Below are positions 41,834-50,491 of a stretch of 64,000 nucleotides of DNA, piece by piece. A model generated the notes under the pieces. That model saw only the letters and a program-made list of their open reading frames with translations, ran no database searches and was not told the origin of the DNA. Every line of letters starts with the position of its first letter. Positions within the stretch are counted from its first letter, which is position 1. The position numbers and the translations under genes are program-made. Source of the DNA: an uncultured Clostridia bacterium (GTDB taxonomy: Bacteria > Bacillota > Clostridia > TANB77 > CAG-508). The stretch lies in NCBI GenBank assembly GCA_944393385.1, contig CALYAA010000001.1, forward strand, positions 123,896 through 187,895, given 5' to 3'.

Positions 41834-41975
41834 AAATTTAAACTACTTCTATATGAAGAAAAGCAAAAACCAAGTATAATTGAATTAGCTAGTCAGATGA
41901 TAGCAAAATACAGATAGCTTTATATAACCAATAAAAGCAATCTGTGTAAATCAATAAATAAGAGGAGTGATTAAT

Positions 41976-42626
41976 TTGAAAAAAATTTTAAAAGTAGAAC
42001 AAATTCAAAAATACTATGGTAACAAAGACAATATAACAAAAGCAATTGACGGTATCAGTTTTGAAGTAGAAGAAGGAGAATTTATAGGAATAATGGGAGC
42101 AAGTGGAAGTGGTAAAACAACACTTTTAAATTGTATCTCAACAATTGACAATGTAAGTGCAGGACATATTTACTTAGAAAATCAAGATATAACTGAAATT
42201 AAAGAGGAAAATATAGCCAAATTTAGAAGAGAAAATCTAGGTTTTATATTTCAAGATTTTAACTTATTAGATACATTAACAATAGAAGAAAATATTGCAT
42301 TAATTTTAACAATAAATAAAGTACCAGAAAAAGAAATTGATAGAAGAATATTAGAAGTTGCAAAAAAACTAGGAATGGATGAATTACAGATGAATAGAAC
42401 AATATTTAAACAATTATTTTTCTATTTTGCAATTCCAATGTTAATACCAGTACTTGTAAGTGTTCCAGCTGTATTAAGCATAGGTAGTTTATTCGCAATT
42501 GCAGTAACTATGGAAGAAATTATTAGAAATATGTTTATTATATTAGGAATGTTAATCCTAGTTTATGGAATTTATTTTATAGCAACAGATGTACAATTTG
42601 ACAGAAATATAAATGGAAGTAGGTGA
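41976..42626 (+). pseudogene. Collapsed BceAB-type transporter: the N-terminal half of a BceA-like ATPase fused in frame to the last TM helices of a BceB-like permease
   Basis: Residues up to ..ILEVAKKLGMDE align with both BceA paralogues (Walker A, Q-loop) but the signature and Walker B motifs are missing. The rest (MNRTIFKQLFFYFAIPML...) aligns with the BceB C-terminus (KLGADEKMINKSLFRQVAIFFMFPL). Confidence 0.8.
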
Positions 42627-43225
42627 TAATAGTGAAAAAAATATATATTGTATTAACATATTCAGGAACAGCATTATCAAAAATTATAAAAGGTTTTACA
42701 AAAGATGAGTTTTCACATGTTTCAATTTCATTAGATAAAGAATTAAATGAAATGTATAGCTTTGGAAGATTAAATCCATATAATCCATTTTGGGGTGGAT
42801 TTGTACATGAATATATAGATAAAGGAACATTTAAAAGATTTTATAAAACTAGATCTAAAATATATTCTTTAAACATTACAGAAGAACAATATGAAAGTCT
42901 AAAAAACAACATAAAGCAAATTGAACAAGAAAAGAAAAATTATAAATTTAATATAATAGGTTTATTAGCAGTTGGGTTTCATAAAAAAATACAAAAAGAA
43001 CATTATTTTTATTGTGCTGAATTTGTGAAATATGTAATGGAAAAAGCAAATATTAATACAGTATTACCAGAGCTAATAAGACCAGAAAACTTTAAAGAAA
43101 TAACAGGTCTTCAAGAAATATATTCAGGACTTTTAAAAAATTATAATTCTCCAAAATTAAATATTGCAGAATTGGTAACAAATAACTTATTATTGTATAC
43201 AAGTCCAAAAAAGGAGATAGTATAA
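42623..43225 (+). CDS. Hypothetical protein, possibly a permuted NlpC/P60 (YaeF/YiiX-like) amidase
   Basis: His-then-Cys order (FSHVSISL ... YFYCAEFV) as in permuted papain-like enzymes. GTG start, with an alternative GTG at 42632. Confidence 0.4.
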   Translation: MIIVKKIYIVLTYSGTALSKIIKGFTKDEFSHVSISLDKELNEMYSFGRLNPYNPFWGGFVHEYIDKGTFKRFYKTRSKIYSLNITEEQYESLKNNIKQIEQEKKNYKFNIIGLLAVGFHKKIQKEHYFYCAEFVKYVMEKANINTVLPELIRPENFKEITGLQEIYSGLLKNYNSPKLNIAELVTNNLLLYTSPKKEIV

Positions 43226-43235
43226 ATAAAAAAAA

Positions 43236-43251
43236 CTTACAGAAATGTAAG
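43236..43251. promoter_or_regulatory. BceR-type box / hairpin CTTACA-GAAA-TGTAAG
   Basis: Matches TNACA-N4-TGTAA. The following GCTTTTTAT means it could alternatively act as a terminator. Confidence 0.4.
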
Positions 43252-43408
43252 GCTTTTTATAAAAAAATTCCATATTTTCTACTTTTTATTGAAAAAAAAG
43301 CAAAAAAATGATATAAAAAAGATATCATTAAACTTATATGGTTATAATATGCTAAAGTATTATTATTTTAACTTATTATCGAAAAATATATGAAAAGAGG
43401 TAAAAAAT

Positions 43409-43813
43409 ATGGAAGAAAATAAAAAAGAAAATCATGATACTAAAATTAACAATTTAAAAATGACTTTGGGTATTATTGTAGCAATTTTGCTTATTTTTGG
43501 CATATTGTATTTAATATATGATATTAATAGTATTATAAATCCAGAAAGACCAAGTAGTAATTCAAGCAATGATCAAATAGTTGTTACTTATAGAGATGGT
43601 GAAACTTTTACGACAAATACTGTTATTCAAGAGTAAGGAGTAGAAATTGCTAAAAATTTTTTGGCAAATATTGGTTATGAGAAAGAAACTATAGGAGATA
43701 CATATATTGCTAGAAAAGTATGGAAAGTTGATGCAAAACAAAATTCAAATACATTAAATTTTTTTGTGGATGTTGAAACAGGAGAAATAATTGGAGGAAG
43801 AGGAAGTAGATAA
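43409..43813 (+). pseudogene. Membrane-anchored PepSY-domain protein interrupted by an in-frame TAA (43634-43636)
   Basis: The N-terminal TM part (75 codons) stops at TAA. The same frame continues for 58 codons with a PepSY-like sequence (GVEIAKNFLANIGYEKE...WKVDA......FFVDVETGEIIGG). Confidence 0.7.
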
Positions 43814-43838
43814 ATCATTGCATTGGAGGTTAAAAATT

Positions 43839-44510
43839 ATGCAAAAAATTTTAATAGTAGAAGATGATAAAAAATTAAGAGAAGAACTTGAAACATTTTT
43901 AAATAAAAACGGATTTCAAGCTAAAAGTTTACAAAACTTTGATAATACAGTTCAAGATATCTTAAATGAAAATGCTGATTTGGTATTATTAGATATAAAT
44001 TTACCATATACAGATGGAGAATTTGTTTGCAAAGAAATAAGAAAAGTATCAAATGTTCCAATTATAATGGTAACAAGCAGAGACAACGAAATAGATGAAC
44101 TAATGAGCTTATACGGTGGAGCAGATCAATATGTAACCAAACCATTTAATATACAAATATTACTTGCTAAAATAACTGGTTTGTTAAAAAGAAATCAAAC
44201 TGCTGGAAGTAATCCTGAAAAAATTGACTGTAATGGCTTTGTACTAAATAAAGCAGAAAGAGTTATAGAAAGAGACAATAAAAAAATAGAATTAACAAAA
44301 AACGAATACAGTATATTATACTATTTAAGTATGCACAAAGGAACAGTTGTTTCAAGAGATGAATTAATGGATTATTTATGGGAAAGTGAAGAATTTATTG
44401 ATGATAATACTCTAAATGTTAATATTAAAAGATTAAGAACAAAATTAGAAGAATTAGGATTTGTAGACAAGATAGAGACAAAAAGAGGACAAGGACATAT
44501 TCTAATCTAA
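43839..44510 (+). CDS. OmpR-family response regulator, BceR-like (module 2)
   Basis: GGAGG RBS. Paralogous to 20322-20984 (ILIVEDD, LLDINLP, VTSR, RLRTKL, TKRGQGHIL). Confidence 0.85.
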   Translation: MQKILIVEDDKKLREELETFLNKNGFQAKSLQNFDNTVQDILNENADLVLLDINLPYTDGEFVCKEIRKVSNVPIIMVTSRDNEIDELMSLYGGADQYVTKPFNIQILLAKITGLLKRNQTAGSNPEKIDCNGFVLNKAERVIERDNKKIELTKNEYSILYYLSMHKGTVVSRDELMDYLWESEEFIDDNTLNVNIKRLRTKLEELGFVDKIETKRGQGHILI

Positions 44511-44619
44511 TTAGGAGATTTTGGCAAATTTTACTGATAGTGTAAAGTAATCTATGAAAAATTTGATTATGAAAATATTATCTAAAATTTATAAAGAAAC
44601 ACATGAGGGGAAAGAAAAA

Positions 44620-45636
44620 ATGAACTTTAAAGATTTTATAAAAGATAAAATGTTATTAATTGTATTAATAATATTAGCATTAATTAGTATAGAAATATTA
44701 CTACTTGCGTACAACATAGGAATTATACCCAAAATATATATTGCAGTAATTATCATCTTACCAATAGCCATATCATTTGTAGTAGAATATAAAAGGAAAC
44801 AAAGTTTTTACAAACAAATTGAAAATAATATGCAAGAATTAAAAGAAAAATATTTAATTTCTGAAATAATAAAAAAGCCAGACTTTATAGAAGGTAGAAT
44901 TTTGAAGGAAATTTTACAAGACATGTGTAGTTCTATGATAGAAAATGTAAATTACTATAAAAATATACAAGAAGATTATAAAGAATACATAGAAATGTGG
45001 ATACATGAAGTAAAAATACCTATTGCAACAAGTAAAATGATTATAGAAAATAATAAAACACCTGTAACAAAAAATATAGATGAAGAATTGGATAAAGTAG
45101 AAAACTATACAGAACAAGCATTATTTTATGCAAGAAGCAATGCAGTAGAAAAGGATTATATTATTACAAAAACCAATTTAAAAGAAATAGTAAATGGAGC
45201 AATATTAAAAAATAAAACTACTTTGCTTAATGAAAAAGTTACATTAGAATTAAAAGATTTGGAGCAAGATGTATATACAGATAGCAAATGGGCTACATTT
45301 ATAATAAATCAAATTTTACAAAATGCTATTAAATACTTAAAAGAAAATGATAAAAAAATAGAAATTTATGCTAAACCAAAAAATGATAAAATTATTTTAT
45401 ACATAAAAGATAATGGAATAGGTATAAAAAAAGGAGAAATTACTAGAGTATTTGAAAAAGGATTTACTGGAGAAAATGGAAGAATTATTGGACAAAAATC
45501 AACAGGAATAGGCTTATATCTTTGCAAGAAATTATGTAATAAACTAGGACTTGGTATAGAGCTTAACTCAGAAAAAGATAAAGGAACAGAGGTTAAAATA
45601 ATTTTTCCTAAAAATAGTTATGTTGATTTTAAATAA
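44620..45636 (+). CDS. Intramembrane-sensing histidine kinase, BceS-like (module 2)
   Basis: GAGGGGAAAG RBS before the ATG at 44620. H-box EMWIHEVKIPIA, then DNGIGI and GIGLYL. Confidence 0.85.
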   Translation: MNFKDFIKDKMLLIVLIILALISIEILLLAYNIGIIPKIYIAVIIILPIAISFVVEYKRKQSFYKQIENNMQELKEKYLISEIIKKPDFIEGRILKEILQDMCSSMIENVNYYKNIQEDYKEYIEMWIHEVKIPIATSKMIIENNKTPVTKNIDEELDKVENYTEQALFYARSNAVEKDYIITKTNLKEIVNGAILKNKTTLLNEKVTLELKDLEQDVYTDSKWATFIINQILQNAIKYLKENDKKIEIYAKPKNDKIILYIKDNGIGIKKGEITRVFEKGFTGENGRIIGQKSTGIGLYLCKKLCNKLGLGIELNSEKDKGTEVKIIFPKNSYVDFK

Positions 45637-45659
45637 CTTTTATAATTTAATATATTAAA

Positions 45660-45707
45660 ACACCTTTTTTATGATAAAATCACACCATAAAAAGAGGTGT
45701 TATTTTT
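45660..45707 (+). terminator. Intrinsic terminator after kinase 2
   Basis: ACACCTTTTTTATG ... CATAAAAAGAGGTGT stem followed by TATTTTT. Confidence 0.7.
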
Positions 45708-45723
45708 ATGATTAAAAAGTCAA

Positions 45724-45754
45724 ATCTTACAAAAATGTAATAAAATTGTAAGAT
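45724..45754. promoter_or_regulatory. BceR-type operator: TTACA-AAAA-TGTAA nested in ATCTTACA-N15-TGTAAGAT
   Basis: Matches TNACA-N4-TGTAA and carries an extra downstream half-site. It lies 70-95 nt upstream of bceA-like gene 2. Confidence 0.65.
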
Positions 45755-45821
45755 TAAAAAATAGCAAGGAAATAAAGAATAGTTTATAATATAGTTAAAG
45801 TTAAGGAAAGGAGAAATCAAA

Positions 45822-46589
45822 ATGAGCAATGTATTAGAAGTAAAAAACATTGAAAAATACTATGGAAATAAATCAAATTTAACAAAGGCAATTGACGGTA
45901 TCAGTTTTAATGTAGAAAAAGGAGAATTTGTTGGGATAATGGGAGCATCAGGGTCTGGTAAAACAACATTACTAAATTGTATTTCAACAATAGATAGAGT
46001 AACAGCAGGACAAATTATTATTAATGACCAAGATATTACAAAATTAAAAGGAAATAAGTTAAATAAATTTAGGAGAGAAGAACTAGGTTTTATATTTCAA
46101 GATTTTAACTTGCTAGATACTTTAACAGCATATGAAAATATCGCATTAGCTTTAACTATTCAAAAAGTAAAGCCACATGAAATTGATGAAAAAGTAAAGG
46201 AAGTAGCGGAAAAGCTAGACATTTCTGGAATCATAAATAAATATCCATATCAAATATCTGGTGGACAAAAACAAAGAGTAGCATCAGCAAGAGCAATTAT
46301 AACAAACCCTAAAATAGTTTTGGCAGATGAACCAACAGGAGCCTTAGACAGTAAATCAGCTAGGCAATTACTAGAAACATTTGAACATTTAAATAAAAAC
46401 TTGGGAGCTACAATTTTAATGGTTACACATGACGCTTTCACAGCTAGTTATGCAGAAAGAATAATATTTATTAAAGATGGAAAAATATTTAATGAGCTAA
46501 TAAAAGGTGAAGACACAAGAAAACAATTCTTTGAAAAAATAATAGAGGTACAAACACTTCTTGGAGGTGATTTGAACGATGTTATTTAA
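45822..46589 (+). CDS. BceA-like ABC transporter ATP-binding protein (module 2)
   Basis: AAGGAAAGGAG RBS. Motifs GASGSGKTT, ISGGQKQRVA and LADEPTGALD. Confidence 0.9.
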   Translation: MSNVLEVKNIEKYYGNKSNLTKAIDGISFNVEKGEFVGIMGASGSGKTTLLNCISTIDRVTAGQIIINDQDITKLKGNKLNKFRREELGFIFQDFNLLDTLTAYENIALALTIQKVKPHEIDEKVKEVAEKLDISGIINKYPYQISGGQKQRVASARAIITNPKIVLADEPTGALDSKSARQLLETFEHLNKNLGATILMVTHDAFTASYAERIIFIKDGKIFNELIKGEDTRKQFFEKIIEVQTLLGGDLNDVI

Positions 46590-48675
46590 ATTATCAATAA
46601 GAAATATGAAAAAGAGTTTTAAGGATTATGCAATATATTTCTTAACATTAGTATTAGGTGTAGCAATATTTTACATGTTTAACTCTTTAGACAGCCAACA
46701 AGCAATGCTTCAAGTTTCTCAATCTACTAGAACAATGATACAACTAATGATTCAGTTACTTGGAATGATTTCAGTTTTTATAGCAATTATATTAGGATTT
46801 TTAATTGTATATGCAAACAACTTTTTAATAAATAGAAGAAAAAGAGAATTTGGAATATATATGACACTTGGCATGGGGAGAAGACAAATATCTGCAATTA
46901 TTTTATTAGAAACAGTTCTTGTAGGAGTATTATCATTAGTTGTGGGCTTATTTATTGGGATTTTTGCATCTCAGTTTATGTCTATTTTAGTAGCAAAATT
47001 ATTTGAAGCAGACATGACAGAGTTTACATTTGTGTTTTCAAAAACAGCTTGTATAAAAACATGTATATATTTTGCAGTAATGTATGGAGCTGTAATAATA
47101 TTTAATAGTTTAACAATTTCAAGATATAAACTAATTAATTTATTAACAGCTATTAGAAAAAACGAAAAGGTAAAAATAAAAAATCCAATAATTTCAATAC
47201 TAATATTTCTAGCTTCAGCTGTAATACTAGGATATGCTTATTATCAAGTTACAGGAGGAGTATATGAATTGCAAACAGGAGATAAATTATTACCACTGAT
47301 TATTATGGGAATTGTGGGAACTGTAGGAATATTCTGGTCTTTATCAGGGTTTATATTAAAAATTATACAATCAAGTAAAAGTATTTACTTAAAAGGAACA
47401 AATATGTTCGTATTAAGACAATTAAATAATAAGATTAATACAAATATAATTAGTATGAGCATAATCTGTTTAATGTTATTTATGACAATAAGTGTATTAT
47501 CAAGCAGTTTATCAATAAAATCTTCATTAGATTCTGAGCTAGATAAGTTTACACCAGTAGATGTAAATTTGTATAAAACTGCATATCTACCAGAAAGTTA
47601 TGTAAGCTCATATAGTGGAAAAACAATATATAATACAGAAGAACAAATAGAAGATTCAAAGCATCCAGTAAGCTATACTCTTGAAACAAATGGCTATGAT
47701 TTGAATAGTTTAAAAGATATAGTAGAAATACCAATTTATACATTACCAGAATGGACATTACAATTTAGTTTAGGAGATTATTTTAAAACTGCAAAAGCAC
47801 AATTTTCAAATCTTGCTTATGAAATGCCAGAAACTATTATTAAAATTTCAGATTATAATAAAATTGCAGAGCTTTATGGAGAAGAACAATATACATTAAA
47901 AGATGATGAATATATTGTACTTTGTGATTTTGAACAAATGACAAATTTAAGAAATGAAGCATTAAAAGAAAATTCCAATATAGTAATAAATGGAAAAACA
48001 TATTATGCAAAAGATAATGAATGTAAATATGGATTTGTATTTATGTCTGTAAGTGAGATGAATGGAGGAATTATAATAGTACCAGATAGTTTTGAATTTA
48101 AAGATGAAAATATAGAACAATTCTTCCTAGCAGCAAATTACAATGCAGAAACAGAGGAAGAAAAAGTAGAATTAAATAATGTTCTTGCGGGAGAAGTTGA
48201 TAGTGAATTATTTAATAACTTATCAGATAAAGGAATAGATCTTGAAGGAAGTACTAAAATTAGCCTAGTAGAATCAAGTAAAGGACTATCATCAATTATC
48301 ATATTTATATCAATTTATCTAGGTATTGTATTCCTAATTGCAAGTTCAGCAATTTTAGCATTAAAACAACTAACAGAAAGTTCAGACAACAAACAAAGAT
48401 ATACAATTTTAAGAAAAATTGGTTGTGATGAAAAGATGATTAATGGAGCTTTATTTAAACAAATATTCATATTCTTTATGTTACCTTTAGCATTAGCAAT
48501 AATCCATTCAATTTTTGGTATTAAATTTATCTTATCAATGCTTGCAGCACTTGCATCACCAGATGAACTATTACCATCAATTATAGTAACAGCAATTATT
48601 ATAGGATTAATTTATGGAGTATATTTCTTAGCAACATATTTTGGAAGTAAAAACATAATTAAAGAGGAGGAATAA
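46579..48675 (+). CDS. BceB-like FtsX-family permease (module 2)
   Basis: 11-nt overlap with the ATPase gene. 698 aa. Colinear with 23012-25078. Confidence 0.85.
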   Translation: MLFKLSIRNMKKSFKDYAIYFLTLVLGVAIFYMFNSLDSQQAMLQVSQSTRTMIQLMIQLLGMISVFIAIILGFLIVYANNFLINRRKREFGIYMTLGMGRRQISAIILLETVLVGVLSLVVGLFIGIFASQFMSILVAKLFEADMTEFTFVFSKTACIKTCIYFAVMYGAVIIFNSLTISRYKLINLLTAIRKNEKVKIKNPIISILIFLASAVILGYAYYQVTGGVYELQTGDKLLPLIIMGIVGTVGIFWSLSGFILKIIQSSKSIYLKGTNMFVLRQLNNKINTNIISMSIICLMLFMTISVLSSSLSIKSSLDSELDKFTPVDVNLYKTAYLPESYVSSYSGKTIYNTEEQIEDSKHPVSYTLETNGYDLNSLKDIVEIPIYTLPEWTLQFSLGDYFKTAKAQFSNLAYEMPETIIKISDYNKIAELYGEEQYTLKDDEYIVLCDFEQMTNLRNEALKENSNIVINGKTYYAKDNECKYGFVFMSVSEMNGGIIIVPDSFEFKDENIEQFFLAANYNAETEEEKVELNNVLAGEVDSELFNNLSDKGIDLEGSTKISLVESSKGLSSIIIFISIYLGIVFLIASSAILALKQLTESSDNKQRYTILRKIGCDEKMINGALFKQIFIFFMLPLALAIIHSIFGIKFILSMLAALASPDELLPSIIVTAIIIGLIYGVYFLATYFGSKNIIKEEE

Positions 48676-48737
48676 TAGAGATATTTGAATATAGAATAGT
48701 TAGAAAAAATAGATGTAAAAAGAAATGGGGTGGTAAA

Positions 48738-49437
48738 ATGAAGAAATTTTTAAAAATATTAATTTTCTTACTATTAGTTGGAATGAGTATAGCATTGCTT
48801 TTCATAGGTAATGGCTATAATATGTACAAAGATGCAATTGATAAAATGTCTATTGAAGATAAAGTTGCAGAAATAAAAAGCAAAGAAAATTACACAGAAT
48901 TTTCAGAATTACCACAGATGTATGTAAATGCAGTAATTAGCGTAGAAGATAAAAGATTTTACAAACATCATGGAATTGATGTATTGGCAATAGGTAGAGC
49001 TTTTATAAATGATATAAAAGTAATGGAATTTGTAGAAGGTGGAAGTACTATAACACAACAACTAGCTAAAAACATGTATTTTACACAAGAAAAAATTATA
49101 GAGAGAAAAATTGCAGAAGTTTTTATGGCTTTGCAAATAGAAAATAAATATTCAAAACAAGAAATATTTGAATTATATGTAAATACCATATACTTTGGAG
49201 ATGGTAATGGCACAGTTAAAGATGCTTGTAGACGGATATTTTAATAAAGATTTAAGTGAGATGACTGACTATGAATGTATAATGCTTGCAGGTATTCCAA
49301 ATGCACCATCTGTATATGCTCCAACAAAAAATCCAGATCTTGCAAAACAAAGACAAAAACAAGTGATGAATAAAATGATAGAAAATGGATATTTAACAGA
49401 AGAAGAAGCAAATAATATACTTAAACAAGCCCAATAA
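48738..49437 (+). pseudogene. Monofunctional peptidoglycan glycosyltransferase (GT51). The frame is broken at in-frame CGG 49233-49235 and the remainder is intact in the +1 frame
   Basis: N-terminal TM helix. GT51 motifs SVEDKRFYKHHGID, GGSTITQQLAKN and YVNTIYFGDG. After the shift: GYFNKDLSEMT..MLAGIPNAPSVYAP. The frame-0 stop is at 49242-49244. Confidence 0.85.
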
Positions 49438-49449
49438 ATAATTTTAAAC

Positions 49450-49479
49450 GTGCTAATTGTATGGTGAAGCAATTAGCAC
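49450..49479 (+). terminator. Hairpin after the GT51 gene
   Basis: GTGCTAATTG / CAATTAGCAC is a perfect 10-bp stem. It is followed by CCCCCTTTT. Confidence 0.6.
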
Positions 49480-49516
49480 ATCCCCCTTTTAATTTACTAT
49501 AGAACTACTTTGAATT

Positions 49517-49643
49517 TGAAGTGCATCCCAAATGTTAGACAAAAAAGTTAATATTTGGAGGTGTATTTTTTATGAGTAAATATTCTAATGAATTTAAATT
49601 AATCATGAATTGTGGTTCTTTTTTTATTGATAAAATCCCTTAA
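49517..49643 (+). mobile_element. IS-end-like repeat, copy 2, followed by a 23-codon ORF stub (MSKYSNEFKLIMNCGSFFIDKIP*) resembling the start of an IS3-family OrfA
   Basis: TGAAGTGCATCCCAAATGTTAGACAAAAAAGTTAATATTTGGAGGTGTATTTTTTATG is paralogous to 41749-41806. A GGAGG RBS and an ATG at 49572 follow. The KYS.EFK opening is recalled from IS3/IS150-group transposase OrfA proteins. Confidence 0.4.
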
Positions 49644-49687
49644 ATATGATAATATTAAAAAAAATAATTTATTGTAAGGAGGAATTT

Positions 49688-50467
49688 ATGGGAAATATTG
49701 CAATAGGATTATTAATACCATTCTTAGGAACCACATTAGGTTCAGCAATGGTATTTTTAATGAGGGATAAAATAAATCCAAAAGTTCAAAAATTATTATT
49801 AGGATTTGCCTCAGGAGTAATGATAGCCGCTTCAATATGGTCATTAATAACACCATCAATGGAAATGGCAGAAGAACAAGGACAAATTGCTTGGATCCCA
49901 GCGGCAATTGGATTTTTACTAGGTATAGTTTTTTTGTTAATTTTAGATAGTATTATACCACATTTACATTTAGACACCAAAAAGCCAGAAGGAATGAAAT
50001 CAAAATTAAAAAATACAACAATGATGATATTAGCAGTTACACTCCATAATATACCAGAGGGAATGGCAGTTGGAGTTGTTTTTGCTGGTGTATTAGCACA
50101 AAATGCTACAATAACATTAGCAGGAGCATTTGCATTATCAATAGGAATAGCAATCCAAAACTTTCCAGAAGGTGCAATTATATCAATGCCACTAAAAAAT
50201 GAAGGAATATCTAAACCAAAAGCTTTTCTATATGGAACATTATCAGGAATAGTAGAACCAATAGGAGCAATTATAACTATATTACTTACAAGTATTGTAA
50301 CACCAATTTTACCATATTTATTATCATTTGCAGCTGGAGCAATGATATATGTAGTTGTTGAAGAACTCATACCAGAATCACAAGCTGGAGAACACTCTAA
50401 TATAGGAACAATTGGAGTTGCAATAGGATTTGTTATTATGATGATACTAGATATAGCACTTGGATAA
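49688..50467 (+). CDS. ZIP-family divalent metal transporter (ZupT-like)
   Basis: AAGGAGG RBS. Multi-TM protein with the motif HNIPEGMAVG / QNFPEGAI typical of ZIP transporters. Confidence 0.85.
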   Translation: MGNIAIGLLIPFLGTTLGSAMVFLMRDKINPKVQKLLLGFASGVMIAASIWSLITPSMEMAEEQGQIAWIPAAIGFLLGIVFLLILDSIIPHLHLDTKKPEGMKSKLKNTTMMILAVTLHNIPEGMAVGVVFAGVLAQNATITLAGAFALSIGIAIQNFPEGAIISMPLKNEGISKPKAFLYGTLSGIVEPIGAIITILLTSIVTPILPYLLSFAAGAMIYVVVEELIPESQAGEHSNIGTIGVAIGFVIMMILDIALG

Positions 50468-50491
50468 TAAGAAATAAAAGAGGAGAAATTT

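Noticed and set aside
46071-46073. Possible AGG (or TGA) codon reassignment, considered because arginine-codon reassignments are known in low-GC Firmicutes.
   Set aside because: In-frame AGG at 46071 aligns with AGA (Arg) in the paralogous BceA (conserved FRRE motif), and AGG also fits Arg in the ABC motif at 25304-27514. TGA terminates several well-defined genes, with ends at 6008, 42626 and 60922. The standard code 11 therefore holds for these codons.
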